From NCBI RefSeq assembly GCF_044324785.1, contig NZ_CP172127.1: a DNA stretch of 64,000 bases, one strand, 5' to 3'. Position numbers and translations under genes: made by a program. Of this stretch, positions 11,207-23,635 are shown piece after piece (the first letter of the stretch is position 1; the number at the start of each line of letters is the position of its first letter). Source of the DNA: Escherichia coli (GTDB lineage Bacteria; Pseudomonadota; Gammaproteobacteria; Enterobacterales; Enterobacteriaceae). The notes below the pieces were generated by a model. That model was not told where the DNA came from. It saw only the letters and a program-made list of their open reading frames with translations, and did no database searches.

Positions 11207-11491
11207 ATGATTATGAAAAATTGTCTACTGTTGGGCGCGCTTTTAATGGGCTTTACTGGTGTGGCGATGGCGCAAAGTGTCACCGTCGATGTGCCGAGTG
11301 GATACAAAGTGGTTGTGGTTCCTGATTCAGTCAGCGTTCCACAAGCGGTCAGCGTCGCGACTGTGCCGCAAACCGTCTATGTGGCTCCTGCGCCAGCTCC
11401 GGCTTACCGCCCGCATCCTTATGTTCGCCATCTTGCCAGCGTAGGTGAAGGGATGGTTATCGAACACCAGATTGACGACCATCACCATTAA
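11207..11491 (+). CDS. ybjH: YbjH, small secreted protein of unknown function (94 aa)
   Basis: ORF with N-terminal signal peptide MKNCLLLGALLMGFTGVAMA and proline/valine-rich repeats; conserved position next to mdfA. Confidence 0.78.
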   Translation: MIMKNCLLLGALLMGFTGVAMAQSVTVDVPSGYKVVVVPDSVSVPQAVSVATVPQTVYVAPAPAPAYRPHPYVRHLASVGEGMVIEHQIDDHHH

Positions 11492-11497
11492 TTCGAG

Positions 11498-11531
11498 AAT
11501 GCCTGATCGCACAAAGCAATCAGGCATTTTT
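11498..11531. terminator. Bidirectional intrinsic terminator between ybjH and mdfA
   Basis: Hairpin aatgcctgatcgcacaaagcaatcaggcatt followed by a T-run; A-run on the other strand. Confidence 0.6.
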
Positions 11532-12764
11532 TTACCCTTCGTGCGAATTTCCCATCTGTTTATCTTTTAAAAAGATAACCATCAGCAACAGCCACAAAAT
11601 TCCGTTGACAAGGTTGAAGAGATTAAACAGTCCGTTGCCCCCGTTCAGCCAGGCATGTTTGCTGATTTCAATACCGACGGTAAAGATCAGCATTTGCAGC
11701 ATCCCCATCGCCGCAGAAACCGTACCTTTACTCATATCGCTGGCAAACAGGGTTAATCGCACCAGTCCCGCATTCGCCAGACCAATACCGAAAGCATAAA
11801 GACTTAACCCGGCGGTCATCCATAAATACGCGTGCGATGAGATAACCGTTGCCGCAGCAGCGACCAACAGACCAATCATAATCGGCCAGCCGCCCATAAT
11901 AATCAGCGAACGTACGGTGCGACGCGAGGTCAGACGCGCTAACAGCAAGTTACCCGCTATTAACGACCCGAAAATAGGCACTTGCAGCAAGCCATATTCA
12001 TAGCTGCTCAACTGCTCACCGGTAATGATGATAATTGGCGACTGGGCGATCCACGCCAGCAACGGCAGGCTAACGAATCCCAGCGCCAGCGCCCCCGCAA
12101 CAAAGCGACCGTTCTTCAGCACCAGCTTATAGTCACGACCGAGTTCTTTCAGCGACAGTTTCTCGCCTATACGCGTGGCGGTTTCAGGCATGGCTCGTTG
12201 CAGACCGAAAAAGGAGATCGCTGCCAATGCGGCAAACAAGACAAACATCCCCTCCCAGGGCAGCACATGGATCCACGCCGCGCCCACCAGCGGACCAAGT
12301 AGCGGAGCAATCAGCGCCACGTTCGCCATCAGCGCGGTGATCTTGATACAAACCGCCTCTTCGAAGGATTCCTGAATTGCGGCGTATCCCACAGCGCCAA
12401 TGAAACAGAGGCTTATGCCCTGCAAGAAGCGCAACAGGGTGAATTGTTCAATATTTTGCGCCAGTAATATTGCCAGACAGGTGACAATAAACCAAACCAC
12501 TCCCGCCAGCATCACCGGACGGCGACCAATACGATCCGACAGCGGCCCCAGGAGCCATTGTAAAAACATCCCGCCCGCCAGATATGCGGTCATCGAAGTA
12601 GGAACCCAATCAATGCCCGCCTGATATTGTTCCACCACGGCCAACATACCGGGTTGAATCATATCGTTGCCGATATAGGTTGAAAATTCGTAAAGCACCA
12701 GACAGAGAGGGAAAAGTAACGCCTGACGTCCAAGCCTGGCACCGGAAGCTAATTTATTTTGCAT
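11532..12764 (-). CDS. mdfA: Multidrug efflux MFS transporter MdfA (Cmr), 410 aa
   Basis: ORF from [40 protein letters not shown] matches MdfA. Confidence 0.92.
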   Translation of the reverse strand: MQNKLASGARLGRQALLFPLCLVLYEFSTYIGNDMIQPGMLAVVEQYQAGIDWVPTSMTAYLAGGMFLQWLLGPLSDRIGRRPVMLAGVVWFIVTCLAILLAQNIEQFTLLRFLQGISLCFIGAVGYAAIQESFEEAVCIKITALMANVALIAPLLGPLVGAAWIHVLPWEGMFVLFAALAAISFFGLQRAMPETATRIGEKLSLKELGRDYKLVLKNGRFVAGALALGFVSLPLLAWIAQSPIIIITGEQLSSYEYGLLQVPIFGSLIAGNLLLARLTSRRTVRSLIIMGGWPIMIGLLVAAAATVISSHAYLWMTAGLSLYAFGIGLANAGLVRLTLFASDMSKGTVSAAMGMLQMLIFTVGIEISKHAWLNGGNGLFNLFNLVNGILWLLLMVIFLKDKQMGNSHEG

Positions 12765-13048
12765 GCAATTTCTTCGCCAATAATAATCGCGCAAAGTTTA
12801 ATAAAAGCGCAGCTAACGAGAAAGCGAATTTTGTAGCTGAAACCACGGTTAAGCACATTCTTACATTATTGCGAGTATAGCTACGCTTTCTTTAAGTTTT
12901 ATTTAACCTATGCCCGTTACAATCACCCACCGTAAACAGGCCGCTTGAGGGAAATAAGACGATGCCGCTTTACCCAGTTTAACCTGCACTTTATTCTCAA
13001 CGACTTGCCTGTATTGGCTCCCTTTTAATCACTTTGCGTCGGGAAGTT

Positions 13049-13645
13049 ATGCTGGAAAATTTGAATCTCTCTCTATTCTCTCTTATTAACGCGACGCCAG
13101 ACTCTGCGCCGTGGATGATCTCGTTGGCGATTTTTATTGCTAAAGATTTGATTACCGTGGTACCGCTGCTGGCCGCAGTACTTTGGTTGTGGGGGCTTAC
13201 AGCACAACGGCAACTGGTGATAAAAATCGCTATCGCGCTGGCGGTCAGCCTGTTTGTGTCCTGGACGATGGGGCATCTTTTTCCGCACGACCGACCCTTT
13301 GTCGAAAATATCGGCTATAACTTCCTGCATCATGCAGCGGATGACTCATTCCCGAGCGATCACGGTACAGTGATTTTCACCTTTGCACTGGCATTTTTAT
13401 GCTGGCATCGCCTGTGGTCCGGCTTACTTTTAATGGTGCTGGCCGTCGTCATTGCCTGGTCGCGCGTTTATCTTGGCGTCCACTGGCCGCTGGATATGCT
13501 CGGTGGATTGCTGGCAGGTATGATTGGCTGCCTTAGCGCTCAGATTATCTGGCAAGCGTTTGGGCATAAACTCTATCAACGTCTGCAATCGTGGTATCGC
13601 TTCTGTTTTGCATTACCGATCCGCAAAGGCTGGGTGCGTGACTGA
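13049..13645 (+). CDS. ybjG: Undecaprenyl-pyrophosphate phosphatase YbjG (PAP2 family), 198 aa
   Basis: MLENLNLSLFSLINATPDSAPWMISLAIFIAKDL... with PAP2 motifs (PSDH, SRVYLGVHWPLD); the ORF-track start at 13034 is a TTG extension and is rejected. Confidence 0.9.
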   Translation: MLENLNLSLFSLINATPDSAPWMISLAIFIAKDLITVVPLLAAVLWLWGLTAQRQLVIKIAIALAVSLFVSWTMGHLFPHDRPFVENIGYNFLHHAADDSFPSDHGTVIFTFALAFLCWHRLWSGLLLMVLAVVIAWSRVYLGVHWPLDMLGGLLAGMIGCLSAQIIWQAFGHKLYQRLQSWYRFCFALPIRKGWVRD

Positions 13646-13702
13646 TCTCTGCTAAAAAGTGTAGTATTGAGCGGCTCGCTTCAATAACTATTCAGAGGGA
13701 TT

Positions 13703-14461
13703 ATGGAAACACGTCGCGAAGAGCGTATCGGGCAGCTGCTGCAAGAATTAAAACGCAGCGATAAGTTACATCTTAAAGACGCCGCCGCCCTGCTTGGGGT
13801 TTCGGAGATGACGATTCGTCGCGATCTGAACAACCACAGTGCGCCCGTCGTTTTGCTCGGCGGCTATATTGTTCTGGAACCACGCAGCGCCAGCCATTAC
13901 CTGTTAAGCGATCAAAAATCCCGCCTGGTGGAAGAAAAACGCCGGGCGGCAAAACTGGCTGCGACGCTGGTAGAACCCGATCAGACCCTCTTTTTTGACT
14001 GTGGCACCACCACACCGTGGATTATTGAAGCGATTGATAATGAAATCCCTTTTACCGCCGTTTGTTATTCGCTAAATACCTTTCTGGCGCTGAAAGAGAA
14101 ACCCCATTGCCGCGCGTTTCTTTGCGGTGGTGAATTTCACGCCAGCAACGCCATTTTCAAACCCATCGATTTTCAGCAAACGCTGAATAATTTTTGCCCG
14201 GATATCGCTTTTTATTCCGCTGCGGGCGTGCATGTCAGTAAGGGCGCTACCTGTTTTAATCTTGAAGAGTTGCCGGTAAAACACTGGGCCATGTCGATGG
14301 CGCAAAAGCATGTGCTGGTTGTCGACCACAGTAAATTTGGCAAGGTGCGTCCGGCGCGCATGGGTGACCTGAAACGCTTTGATATTATGGTGAGCGATTG
14401 TTGCCCGGAAGATGAATATGTGAAGTACGCGCAGACGCAGCGTATTAAGTTGATGTATTAA
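13703..14461 (+). CDS. deoR: Deoxyribose operon repressor DeoR (252 aa)
   Basis: METRREERIGQLLQELKRSDKLHLKDAAALLGVSEMTIRRDL... HTH-containing DeoR-family protein matching DeoR. Confidence 0.92.
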   Translation: METRREERIGQLLQELKRSDKLHLKDAAALLGVSEMTIRRDLNNHSAPVVLLGGYIVLEPRSASHYLLSDQKSRLVEEKRRAAKLAATLVEPDQTLFFDCGTTTPWIIEAIDNEIPFTAVCYSLNTFLALKEKPHCRAFLCGGEFHASNAIFKPIDFQQTLNNFCPDIAFYSAAGVHVSKGATCFNLEELPVKHWAMSMAQKHVLVVDHSKFGKVRPARMGDLKRFDIMVSDCCPEDEYVKYAQTQRIKLMY

Positions 14462-14470
14462 TGACGTATA

Positions 14471-14500
14471 ACCGGATGACGTTTCGCGCCATCCGGTTAT
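14471..14500. terminator. Bidirectional hairpin between convergent deoR and dacC
   Basis: Inverted repeat aaccggatgacgtttcgcgccatccggtt seen in the sequence. Confidence 0.55.
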
Positions 14501-14507
14501 CACAAAA

Positions 14508-15710
14508 TTAAGAGAACCAGCTGCCGAACCACTGATGGAATTTCATCATCACGAAATCCCACATCCGACCAAAGAATCCGCCCTCTTCCACATTTTCCAT
14601 CACGATCAGCGGACGCTGCTCAATGGATTTACCGTTAAGCTGGAAATCAATGGTCCCGACAACCTGACCTTTTTTCAGCGGTGCGGTAAGCTGCGGTTCC
14701 GTTAACGTATAACTCGCTTTCAGGTTTTTCAGCTGCCCACGCGGTATGGTCACTGAGCCCGCTTCACCTGCCCCGAGATTCACTTCGCTCTTATCACCAA
14801 ACCAGACGCGCTGAGTCACAAAGGTGGCATCAGGTTTAATTGGCGTCACGGTTTCAAAGAAGCGGAAACCCCAGGTCAATAATTTCTCAGACTCATTAAA
14901 ACGGATACGGTCGGTTTTCGCCCCCAGCACTACGGAGATTAAACGCATATCGCCCTGGGTAGCCGAAGCAACCAGATTATATCCCGCGCCTGCCGTGGTT
15001 CCTGTCTTCATGCCATCAACATTCAGGTTGCTGCTCCACAGCAGACGGTTACGGTTAGGCTGACGAATTTTGTTGAAGGTGAACTCTTTCTCTTTATGAA
15101 TGGCGTACTCTTCCGGCACATCGTGGATCAATGCTTTACCCAGCAATGCCATATCGCGCGCGGTACTGAACTGCCCCGGCGCATCCAGACCGTGCACCGT
15201 CTGGAAGGTAGTGTTGGTGAGACCCAGTTTTTTGGCATAACCATTCATCAGACCAATAAATGACTCCTGACTCCCGGCAACGTAATCAGCCAGCGCAATG
15301 CAGGCGTCATTACCGGACTGGATAATCACACCTTTGTTCAGGTCTGCCACCGAAACCTGATCGCCCGGTTTGAGGAACATTACCGATGAACCACGCAGTG
15401 CCGGATTTCCCGTCGCCCAGGCATCTTTACCGACCGTCACCATATCGGTGAGTTTAATCTTATCGGCCTTAAGCGCCTGCCCAACCACATAGCTGGTCAT
15501 GATTTTAGTCAGGCTTGCGGGATCCAGTTTCTCATCCGCATTGCCTTCTGCCAGCACTTTACCGCTGGCGTAATCCATTAAAATCCATGCACGCGCATCC
15601 ACGCTCGGCGCTTCAACGGTTTGTTCCGCCGCGAATGCCGTTGGGGCAAAAAGGAATAAAAATGCAGAACCCGCTGCAAGACCACGAAGGAGAGAGGAGT
15701 ATTGCGTCAT
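14508..15710 (-). CDS. dacC: D-alanyl-D-alanine carboxypeptidase DacC (PBP6), 400 aa
   Basis: ORF from [27 protein letters not shown] (signal peptide) with SxxK and SGN motifs matches PBP6. Confidence 0.92.
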   Translation of the reverse strand: MTQYSSLLRGLAAGSAFLFLFAPTAFAAEQTVEAPSVDARAWILMDYASGKVLAEGNADEKLDPASLTKIMTSYVVGQALKADKIKLTDMVTVGKDAWATGNPALRGSSVMFLKPGDQVSVADLNKGVIIQSGNDACIALADYVAGSQESFIGLMNGYAKKLGLTNTTFQTVHGLDAPGQFSTARDMALLGKALIHDVPEEYAIHKEKEFTFNKIRQPNRNRLLWSSNLNVDGMKTGTTAGAGYNLVASATQGDMRLISVVLGAKTDRIRFNESEKLLTWGFRFFETVTPIKPDATFVTQRVWFGDKSEVNLGAGEAGSVTIPRGQLKNLKASYTLTEPQLTAPLKKGQVVGTIDFQLNGKSIEQRPLIVMENVEEGGFFGRMWDFVMMKFHQWFGSWFS

Positions 15711-15956
15711 AAATGCCACCCGAGTATCCATTCAAAAAAAATACGTTATATCGCCGTATGATAAGTTCGGTGATTAATAACGCACACACAAACTTAAAGA
15801 AACCGTAAGTTGGTAAAGTTTTTAAAGTTTATGCAATATCCTGCCGCTTCGCTGCTTCTGGTGTCATTTTTTTGCCAGCTGTTGCTTAAAAGTTAACTTT
15901 ACTTCACCATCGGAGTCCTGTTCAGCCTGTGGCTGCCTGTCGGAAAAGGGGTGAGT

Positions 15957-16583
15957 ATGATTACGCTGTGGGGTCGGAATAATTCAACCAACGTAAAAAA
16001 AGTATTGCTGACGCTCGAAGAACTGGAACTACCTTATGAGCAAATTCTCGCGGGCCGTGAGTTTGGGATAAATCACGATGCTGATTTTCTGGCGATGAAC
16101 CCTAACGGGCTGGTGCCATTGTTGCGTGACGACGAAAGTGATCTCATTCTTTGGGAATCAAACGCCATTGTCCGCTATCTGGCGGCACAGTACGGGCAAA
16201 AACGCCTGTGGATAGACTCACCGGCACGTCGTGCGGAAGCAGAAAAATGGATGGACTGGGCAAACCAGACGCTCAGTAATGCTCATCGCGGGATCCTGAT
16301 GGGATTAGTCAGAACACCACCGGAAGAGCGCGATCAGGCCGCCATTGATGCCAGTTGCAAAGAGTGCGACGCCCTGTTTGCCCTGCTCGATGCGGAACTG
16401 GCAAAAGTAAAATGGTTCTCTGGCGACGAGTTTGGTGTGGGCGATATCGCTATCGCTCCGTTCATCTACAATTTGTTTAACGTTGGCCTGACCTGGACAC
16501 CACGTTCAAATCTGCAACGCTGGTATCAGCAACTCACTGAACGCCCCGCAGTGCGCAAAGTGGTGATGATTCCCGTTAGCTAA
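15957..16583 (+). CDS. gstB: Glutathione S-transferase GstB (YliJ), 208 aa
   Basis: [30 protein letters not shown]... GST fold; matches GstB. Confidence 0.9.
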   Translation: MITLWGRNNSTNVKKVLLTLEELELPYEQILAGREFGINHDADFLAMNPNGLVPLLRDDESDLILWESNAIVRYLAAQYGQKRLWIDSPARRAEAEKWMDWANQTLSNAHRGILMGLVRTPPEERDQAAIDASCKECDALFALLDAELAKVKWFSGDEFGVGDIAIAPFIYNLFNVGLTWTPRSNLQRWYQQLTERPAVRKVVMIPVS

Positions 16584-17695
16584 TTGCGTGGGCTAACTTT
16601 AAGTAATTCCCCACTGGACTCGTCGGTGAGAACGTATAAATAACCGTCGGGTCCAGTGCGAACATCACGAATTCGCTGCCCTCTGTCCGTTAAAATACGG
16701 CCATCTTCTGTCACTTTGTCGCCGTTGACGCTCATCACAATGACATCTTTATCTTTCAGCGCGCCAATAAATAATTTTTGCTGCCACTGGGGGAATTTAT
16801 CGCTGTTATAGAAGGCCATGCCGCTCACGGCGGGCGAATCTTTCCAGTAAAAAACAGGTTGCTCGGTCCCGGCGACGATCTCCCCTTTCGCTTCCGGTAT
16901 CTTAAAGCCCGAATAGTTGATTCCCCAGGTTGCCAGCGGCCAGCCGTAGTTTTTGCCTTTTTGCGGGATATTAATTTCATCACCACCGCGCGGGCCATGT
17001 TCATTCAGCCACAGTGCATTACTCCACGGATTCATCGCCATTCCTTGCGGATTACGAATGCCATAAGACCAGATCTCGGCGCGCACACCGGATTCCTTTA
17101 CAAAAGGATTATCATCCGGGATTTCGCCCAGGTCGGTCAGACGCACCAGTTTGCCCTGTAATTTATCCAGATCCTGCGCCGTCGGGCGCTGATTGTTTTC
17201 GCCCAGAGCAATAAAAAGATAACCTTTACCGTCGAATACCAGCCGCCCGCCAAAATGGTTGCCGGTAGACAGTTTTGGCATCTGGCGAAAGACGGTGCGG
17301 AAGTCGGTCACTTTTGATAGATCATCACTTAAGCGGCCATAACCCACAGCAGTTCCGGCTTTGCCATCATCGCCAACTTCGGAATAACTTAACCAGATGC
17401 GGCGAGACTGAGCAAAATCAGGCGCTAAAACCACGTCCAGCAGGCCGCCCTGCCCGCGCGCCCAAACGTCCGGCACTCCGGAAAGCGGCGCAGATAATCC
17501 TTTTCCTGCTTGCCAGTGACGCAACTCGCCGCCGCGCAGAGTGATTAACATACCGTGATTATTGGGTAAAAAGGCCAGCGCCCAGGGATGGTCGAGTTTG
17601 TCTTGCAGTACTTCGACATTTACCGTTGCTGGAGCCGCCCAGAGAGCGGAAGAAAGACAAATAAGGGGCACAGAGAAAAAGAATTGTCGATGCAT
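16580..17695 (-). CDS. yliI: Soluble aldose sugar dehydrogenase YliI (PQQ-dependent), 371 aa
   Basis: [44 protein letters not shown]... signal peptide plus beta-propeller sequence matching YliI. Confidence 0.9.
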   Translation of the reverse strand: MHRQFFFSVPLICLSSALWAAPATVNVEVLQDKLDHPWALAFLPNNHGMLITLRGGELRHWQAGKGLSAPLSGVPDVWARGQGGLLDVVLAPDFAQSRRIWLSYSEVGDDGKAGTAVGYGRLSDDLSKVTDFRTVFRQMPKLSTGNHFGGRLVFDGKGYLFIALGENNQRPTAQDLDKLQGKLVRLTDLGEIPDDNPFVKESGVRAEIWSYGIRNPQGMAMNPWSNALWLNEHGPRGGDEINIPQKGKNYGWPLATWGINYSGFKIPEAKGEIVAGTEQPVFYWKDSPAVSGMAFYNSDKFPQWQQKLFIGALKDKDVIVMSVNGDKVTEDGRILTDRGQRIRDVRTGPDGYLYVLTDESSGELLKVSPRN

Positions 17696-17805
17696 AACGC
17701 CTCCGGATTGACTCTGGCTTAAAGCGTAGTCAGTGGAGGAGATAACAAATTCATTTTTACAAAAACTTAAACATGAAGGGGGAGACGCTTTCTCCCCCTT
17801 AGTTT

Positions 17806-18189
17806 TCAGGCCTTCTCAAGCATGGCGTGCTTCTGCAGGCTCTGGATACTCAGCGTTAAGCTCATCAGACAATTTTCAAGCTTATCGGCGTTGACGGTAA
17901 TAACAGTCGGGCAATCATGGTGCCCACTCATCAAACATACTGCGGCTGTCGCTAATGCTTCTTCAGCATGATGAAGAGCACTCCACTCTTCCTGATCCAG
18001 ATGAAGATTCAACCGCAGCGATTTATCGTGCAGTTCGCGATTCAGTTTAAAAAAGTTATCTCGTAGATGATTGCTTTCGCTGACGGACATGTATCCTTTT
18101 GCCTTCCTCAGTTGCACGTATGCGGCGAGGTCAACGCGTGCGTCGATCAACCGGTTCAGCAGATCGATTCGCTGTCTGTCAACGAACAT
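17806..18189 (-). CDS. bssR: Biofilm regulator BssR (YliH), 127 aa
   Basis: ORF from MFVDRQRIDLLNRLIDARVDLAAYVQLRKAKGYMSVSESNHLRDNFFKLNREL matches BssR. Confidence 0.88.
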   Translation of the reverse strand: MFVDRQRIDLLNRLIDARVDLAAYVQLRKAKGYMSVSESNHLRDNFFKLNRELHDKSLRLNLHLDQEEWSALHHAEEALATAAVCLMSGHHDCPTVITVNADKLENCLMSLTLSIQSLQKHAMLEKA

Positions 18190-18401
18190 ACTTCGATCCT
18201 CCTCTTTCCAGCCTTGTTGCAATTAAATAGTATGGCTATTTTTTGAGCAAAATGCTGTCCAGGATCAATTCTTCACGCCGAATTAACAAAATTTACATTT
18301 CCTTCGCCTCCGCCAGTGAATGAGATTGCGATACAAATTTTATCCAGAACTCTGTAGAATCCCTGCCCTGACCTTTCCTGTAACTGAATATTTTTTAAGC
18401 T

Positions 18402-19727
18402 ATGAGCAAAGTAACTCCCCAGCCGAAAATCGGCTTTGTTTCCCTTGGCTGTCCGAAAAACCTTGTTGATTCAGAGCGTATTCTCACCGAACTACGCACT
18501 GAAGGTTATGACGTGGTACCGAGCTATGACGATGCGGACATGGTGATCGTCAACACCTGCGGCTTTATTGACAGCGCGGTACAAGAATCACTGGAAGCCA
18601 TTGGTGAAGCGTTGAATGAAAACGGCAAGGTAATTGTGACCGGTTGTCTGGGGGCAAAAGAAGATCAGATCCGCGAAGTCCACCCGAAAGTGCTGGAAAT
18701 CACCGGGCCTCATAGCTATGAGCAGGTTCTGGAGCACGTTCATCACTACGTGCCAAAACCGAAACACAACCCATTCCTGAGCCTGGTGCCAGAACAAGGC
18801 GTGAAACTGACGCCGCGTCATTATGCCTATCTGAAAATTTCTGAAGGCTGTAATCACCGCTGCACCTTCTGCATTATTCCGTCTATGCGCGGCGACCTGG
18901 TGAGCCGTCCGATTGGCGAAGTGTTAAGTGAAGCGAAACGCCTGGTAGATGCGGGCGTTAAAGAGATTCTGGTGATCTCGCAGGATACTTCCGCCTATGG
19001 CGTCGATGTTAAACATCGTACTGGCTTCCACAACGGCGAGCCGGTAAAAACCAGCATGGTCAGCCTGTGCGAACAGTTATCGAAACTGGGGATCTGGACA
19101 CGTCTGCACTACGTTTACCCTTATCCGCATGTGGACGACGTCATCCCACTGATGGCAGAAGGCAAAATCCTGCCGTATCTGGACATTCCGTTGCAGCACG
19201 CCAGCCCGCGCATTCTCAAACTGATGAAGCGTCCGGGTTCTGTAGATCGCCAACTGGCGCGCATCAAACAGTGGCGCGAAATCTGCCCGGAACTGACCCT
19301 ACGCTCAACCTTTATTGTCGGCTTCCCTGGCGAGACGGAAGAAGATTTCCAGATGCTACTCGACTTCCTGAAAGAAGCGCGTCTGGATCGCGTTGGCTGC
19401 TTTAAATACAGCCCGGTTGAAGGTGCAGACGCCAATGCCCTGCCTGACCAGGTTCCGGAAGAAGTGAAAGAAGAACGCTGGAACCGTTTCATGCAGCTGC
19501 AGCAGCAGATTTCCGCCGAGCGCCTGCAAGAGAAAGTGGGCCGTGAAATTCTGGTGATTATCGACGAAGTGGACGAAGAAGGCGCGATTGGTCGCAGCAT
19601 GGCAGATGCACCGGAAATCGACGGCGCGGTTTATCTCAATGGTGAAACCAACGTTAAGCCAGGTGATATCCTGCGTGTGAAAGTCGAGCACGCCGATGAG
19701 TACGATTTGTGGGGTAGCCGGGTTTAA
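18402..19727 (+). CDS. rimO: Ribosomal protein S12 methylthiotransferase RimO (YliG), 441 aa
   Basis: [36 protein letters not shown]... radical-SAM MTTase with [11 protein letters not shown] motif; matches RimO. Confidence 0.93.
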
Positions 19728-19732
19728 TTAAT

Positions 19733-19762
19733 TCAGGCCGGGCAAAATCATTTGTCCGGCCT
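19733..19762. terminator. Bidirectional hairpin between convergent rimO and dgcI
   Basis: Inverted repeat caggccgggcaaaatcatttgtccggcctg seen in the sequence. Confidence 0.55.
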
Positions 19763-19773
19763 GCGAATAATGA

Positions 19774-21102
19774 TTACTGCCAGCTAATCTGAGCCCTGCC
19801 GTTTTTCTTACTCTTATACAACCGCTCATCCGCCAGCATTTTCAAGCGTTCGACGGTAGGACATTCATTTGAATGCGCTACACCGATACTGGTGCTTAAA
19901 TTAATGCTTCCCACCTGGAAATGAACGATTTCTTTTAGAATCGATAGCAACTCTTCCAGCGTTCCACCCGTATAAATCACCGCAAATTCGTCACCGCCGA
20001 AGCGGTAGACTTTACCTTTATCTACCGGGATCTGTGATTTAAGGATTTTCACCACTTTCATCAACACTTCATCGCCCAGCAAATGACCGAAGGTGTCGTT
20101 GATGTTTTTGAATTTATCGACGTCAAACAGGCACAAATAACCGCCTTTTTCCGGTAGCGCTTTTAAATCTTCGTCAAAGGATTTTCTGCCCATCGCTTTG
20201 GTCAGGTCGTCCAGGAACGCCGAGTTATACATACTGTAGAGTTTTTTGACATCGGCAGCTGAAAAGAAAAGCCCGCCATCCAGTACGCGTTCAAAATGGT
20301 TATTAATAATGGCTTCTTTCTCCACAATACCACGATTAATCACTCTGCGTACCAGATAGAGGCAACTGGCACCCGATATCACAGCCACCAATGCGGCAAA
20401 GAAAATAATCAACGTACAAACCCGCAAATAAACATCTTTTTTATACGCAAATACGTACAATCCGGTCGGCAAATAGGAGAAGTGCTCCATCGCTTCCGAA
20501 ACGGTGAAGATGGCGTTTTTAGCATTATATTCATCACCGGTCACCGGTTTACCGTTCTTAAACAGAGAGAACATCAGGTTCTCGCTATCCATCGCCAGTG
20601 ATTTTGACAGTAAAGAAAAACGCTCCAGACCAAGCAAAAATATCAGACTGCGATTGTGGGTTACCGGATAGAGGTAATAGACGAAGGTTTTACCGTCAAA
20701 AGAGATAAACCCTGTATTTTTGACATGTCGATACTTCACAACCTGCATAATATCTGCACAATAATTTTTCTCGAACTCCTTTACCTGAATACATTCGTCA
20801 CTGAAAATCAGATAAGGACCGACATCGTACAAATAAGAGGGTGAAACCGAGTCGGCGTAAGCTGTGCGCAAACCAACCAACAGCTGTTCCTCCGTGGGGT
20901 TTAGCGTGTTGATGAGATCAATTGCCACGCTACGCCGATATTCAGCAATATTTGCCACCGCAAAAGCAGTATCAATAACGGACTGTTTCAGGCCATACAC
21001 CCGTTCCTTTACCATTTGAGTGTAGATCCCGCAGGCAACTGCTGAAATCATGATAAAAATCAGCAGACTGACTGTAAGTACGAACTTATTGATTCTGGAC
21101 AT
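19774..21102 (-). CDS. dgcI: Diguanylate cyclase DgcI (YliF), 442 aa, periplasmic sensor domain plus GGDEF
   Basis: [30 protein letters not shown]...; C-terminal GGDEF domain (RFGGDEF); 7 bp downstream of pdeI. Confidence 0.9.
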   Translation of the reverse strand: MSRINKFVLTVSLLIFIMISAVACGIYTQMVKERVYGLKQSVIDTAFAVANIAEYRRSVAIDLINTLNPTEEQLLVGLRTAYADSVSPSYLYDVGPYLIFSDECIQVKEFEKNYCADIMQVVKYRHVKNTGFISFDGKTFVYYLYPVTHNRSLIFLLGLERFSLLSKSLAMDSENLMFSLFKNGKPVTGDEYNAKNAIFTVSEAMEHFSYLPTGLYVFAYKKDVYLRVCTLIIFFAALVAVISGASCLYLVRRVINRGIVEKEAIINNHFERVLDGGLFFSAADVKKLYSMYNSAFLDDLTKAMGRKSFDEDLKALPEKGGYLCLFDVDKFKNINDTFGHLLGDEVLMKVVKILKSQIPVDKGKVYRFGGDEFAVIYTGGTLEELLSILKEIVHFQVGSINLSTSIGVAHSNECPTVERLKMLADERLYKSKKNGRAQISWQ

Positions 21103-21109
21103 ACGTAAA

Positions 21110-23458
21110 CTACTCTTTTACTAATTTTCCACTTTTATCCCAGGCGGAGAATGGCATGGGTTTCTGGTACAGATACCCCTGAGCCTGAACACATCCTAAT
21201 TTGATTAATTCGCGCGCAACGTCTTCGCTCTCTACGCCTTCCGCAATCACCGGGATCCGGTTATAGCGTGCCAGATCGAAAATAATGCGCACAATTTTTC
21301 CCGCAGTACCGAAAATATCGCCGGTAAATTGCGAGTCCACTTTTATGCTATCTGGATTAATTTCATAAAAACGTTTCAGGTTTGACAAACCGGTGCCAAA
21401 GTCATCAATCGATATCCGTACCCCTTGTTTACGCAGTTGTTCAATATTGAGATAAAAATGTTCATTAATTCGCTCGATCACGGTTTCAGTGATCTCAACA
21501 CAGAGGCTGTTCGCCTTCAGGCCATTTTCTTTCATGATGGTGGTAAAACGCTCATGAAAGTGCGGTTCGTTTAACTGCCAGGGCGAAACATTAATATGCA
21601 GTAAGAAATCATCCTTCAGCGATGCACGCTGACTAAAATGTCTGAATTCACCCATTGCCGTTTTAATAATCTGATAACCCAGCTCATTGATAAACCCGAT
21701 ATCTTCAGCAATGGTAATGAACTTCAGCGGTGAAATGATCCCCCGCTCCGCAGACACCCAACGGCACAACGCCTCCGCGCCCAGAATGGTGCGGGTGTTA
21801 ATATCAACGATCGGCTGATAGACCAGGAATAGTTCGCCAATTTCCATTGCATGGCGAATATTACGCGCAATCCAGATATTCTCTTCTATTTCGTTGAGTT
21901 TCGCGTCATCACAGAAAATAAACTCGGAGAACATATGATCACGGATACTGGAAATCGCCAGTTTCAGTTTTTCTGCGTAACTCCAGGCGTTTTCTCCCTG
22001 CAAAGGTTCACAAATGGCAGACTTATGGATGCGCAGATTGCGGTAGCCAAAGCTGCTGTCAAAATCGTTTACCATCGCTATTTTACGGGTAAATGTCTGT
22101 ACATTTTCCCGGCACAGAAGTAAATAGAGATCGGCATTAAATGTCACGATATCGCAGCATTGCGCATATTTCTCGGCAATTCGCTGACACAATTTCCTGA
22201 CGATTTTATTGCGTTCATCAACACCAAACACCGCTTCCACGGCTTCCAGACCACACAGTTTGATGATCCCCACAGCCAGATACTGATTATTGTTGGACTC
22301 AATAATCGCCATATTTTTAATAAAACCGCTTTCCTGATCGTAAGAGATCAGTGAGAGCAATTTATTTGACCGTTCAATTTCGGCATCTTTCATTTCCGCG
22401 ATCGAATTTTTGATGCTGATAATCTCTTTCGCATCGCCTTCGCGAATTTTCAGAGCCTCGATTTGATCCGTTGAGTCAGGCAAAAACGCCAGCGTATTAA
22501 CCAGCTCTGTCATTTCAGAAAATTGCCGACGGAACACACGAGTGGTCATTAAATAAACCACCAGCAATACGATAATAATGAAAGCAAACGGCAGATAAAA
22601 AAGTTTATCTGATGCGTTCAATAAATTACCACCAGGATAATAAAAATAGATTTCGAATAATGCGTTGTTTGGCACCGCTGATGTTTTTTCGATATATTCA
22701 GTATCGACAGAATCAATAATATTATAATTACCTTCGCTATTATAAATAATTAGTTTTTCACGAGCGAGTTGATTCTTGGCAATGATCTCATGGCCTTGTT
22801 TTAAAAATAGAACTTCATCATTAGCGCTGATTTGATCAAGATACTAGTTCAGATATCGCCAGTTTAAATCGACATGAATTTTATCCACCGCTAACAAATC
22901 GTGATCTTTGCCGTTGATGTGTAGCGTAAAAGAGATACATTTTTTACCCGGACGATCAAAGCAATTGTATGCCGGATTCCAGCTGTTGTTAGAGTCATCT
23001 GAAGCCATCGACCACGGTCGTTTCGATGGGTTAAAATCGGCAAAAATAACCCGCCCTGACTCGTCGACAAGCGGTCCATTTACTTGTTCCTGATGATAAA
23101 CAACGATTTTATCATTCGCCCTCCGCGAAAAAAGATAATATTTATTATCATCAAGTACCAGTCCCACCGAGTCTAAAAATGGCATCATTTCCATTTTAAG
23201 AATCACGGCGCGTTGAATCTCCTCTGTATTTTTTAATAAATACAGTGAGTCCTTTAATGTCAGGGCCGAACGTTCAATATCTTTAAAGAAATAGCCAACG
23301 TTTTTCTGAATAAGTTCAAAGCGGCTATCGGCACGTTTTACCGCGCGCTCCGATACCAGTTGATAGTTAATGATGAAAAAAAGACCAATAAATGACAGTG
23401 CTGCCAATAAAAATAAAATTATCAGCCTTATCTTTATCTTTTCGTATAAACTCAGCAT
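21110..23458 (-). pseudogene. pdeI: c-di-GMP phosphodiesterase PdeI (YliE, 782 codons) interrupted by an in-frame TAG at codon 205 (complement of 22844-22846)
   Basis: ORFs 22844..23536 and 21110..22675 are in the same frame and separated only by one amber codon (coding strand ...CTG AAC TAG TAT CTT...); read through, the length is exactly 782 codons from MLSLYEKIKIRL, matching intact PdeI; the EAL domain lies entirely downstream of the stop. Confidence 0.75.
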
Positions 23459-23635
23459 GTTAATACATTTAACAAAATAACTATCTGAACGCTGTGCCGC
23501 TGCAAAAATTGTCCCTTGCTGCGGCTTTTTAACCAAATTACCCGATTCTACAAAATCAGCAGAAAGTTACAACACTTGCTTAGGGCAATAATTTCCTGTG
23601 AGGTGATTACCCTTTCAAGCAATATTCAAACGTAA

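Noticed and set aside
12795-13048. About 250-bp mdfA-ybjG intergenic region as a possible sRNA or small ORF locus
   Set aside because: No terminator-like hairpin with U-run and no ORF with an RBS were found; most likely just divergent promoter DNA
22840-22850. ACTAGT (SpeI site) spanning the pdeI amber codon as a signature of deliberate engineering
   Set aside because: Other ACTAGT hexamers occur in ordinary intergenic DNA of the same window (for example around 6483 and 6592 upstream of ybjL), so the site alone is not evidence of a synthetic edit; a natural point mutation or sequencing error is the simpler explanation
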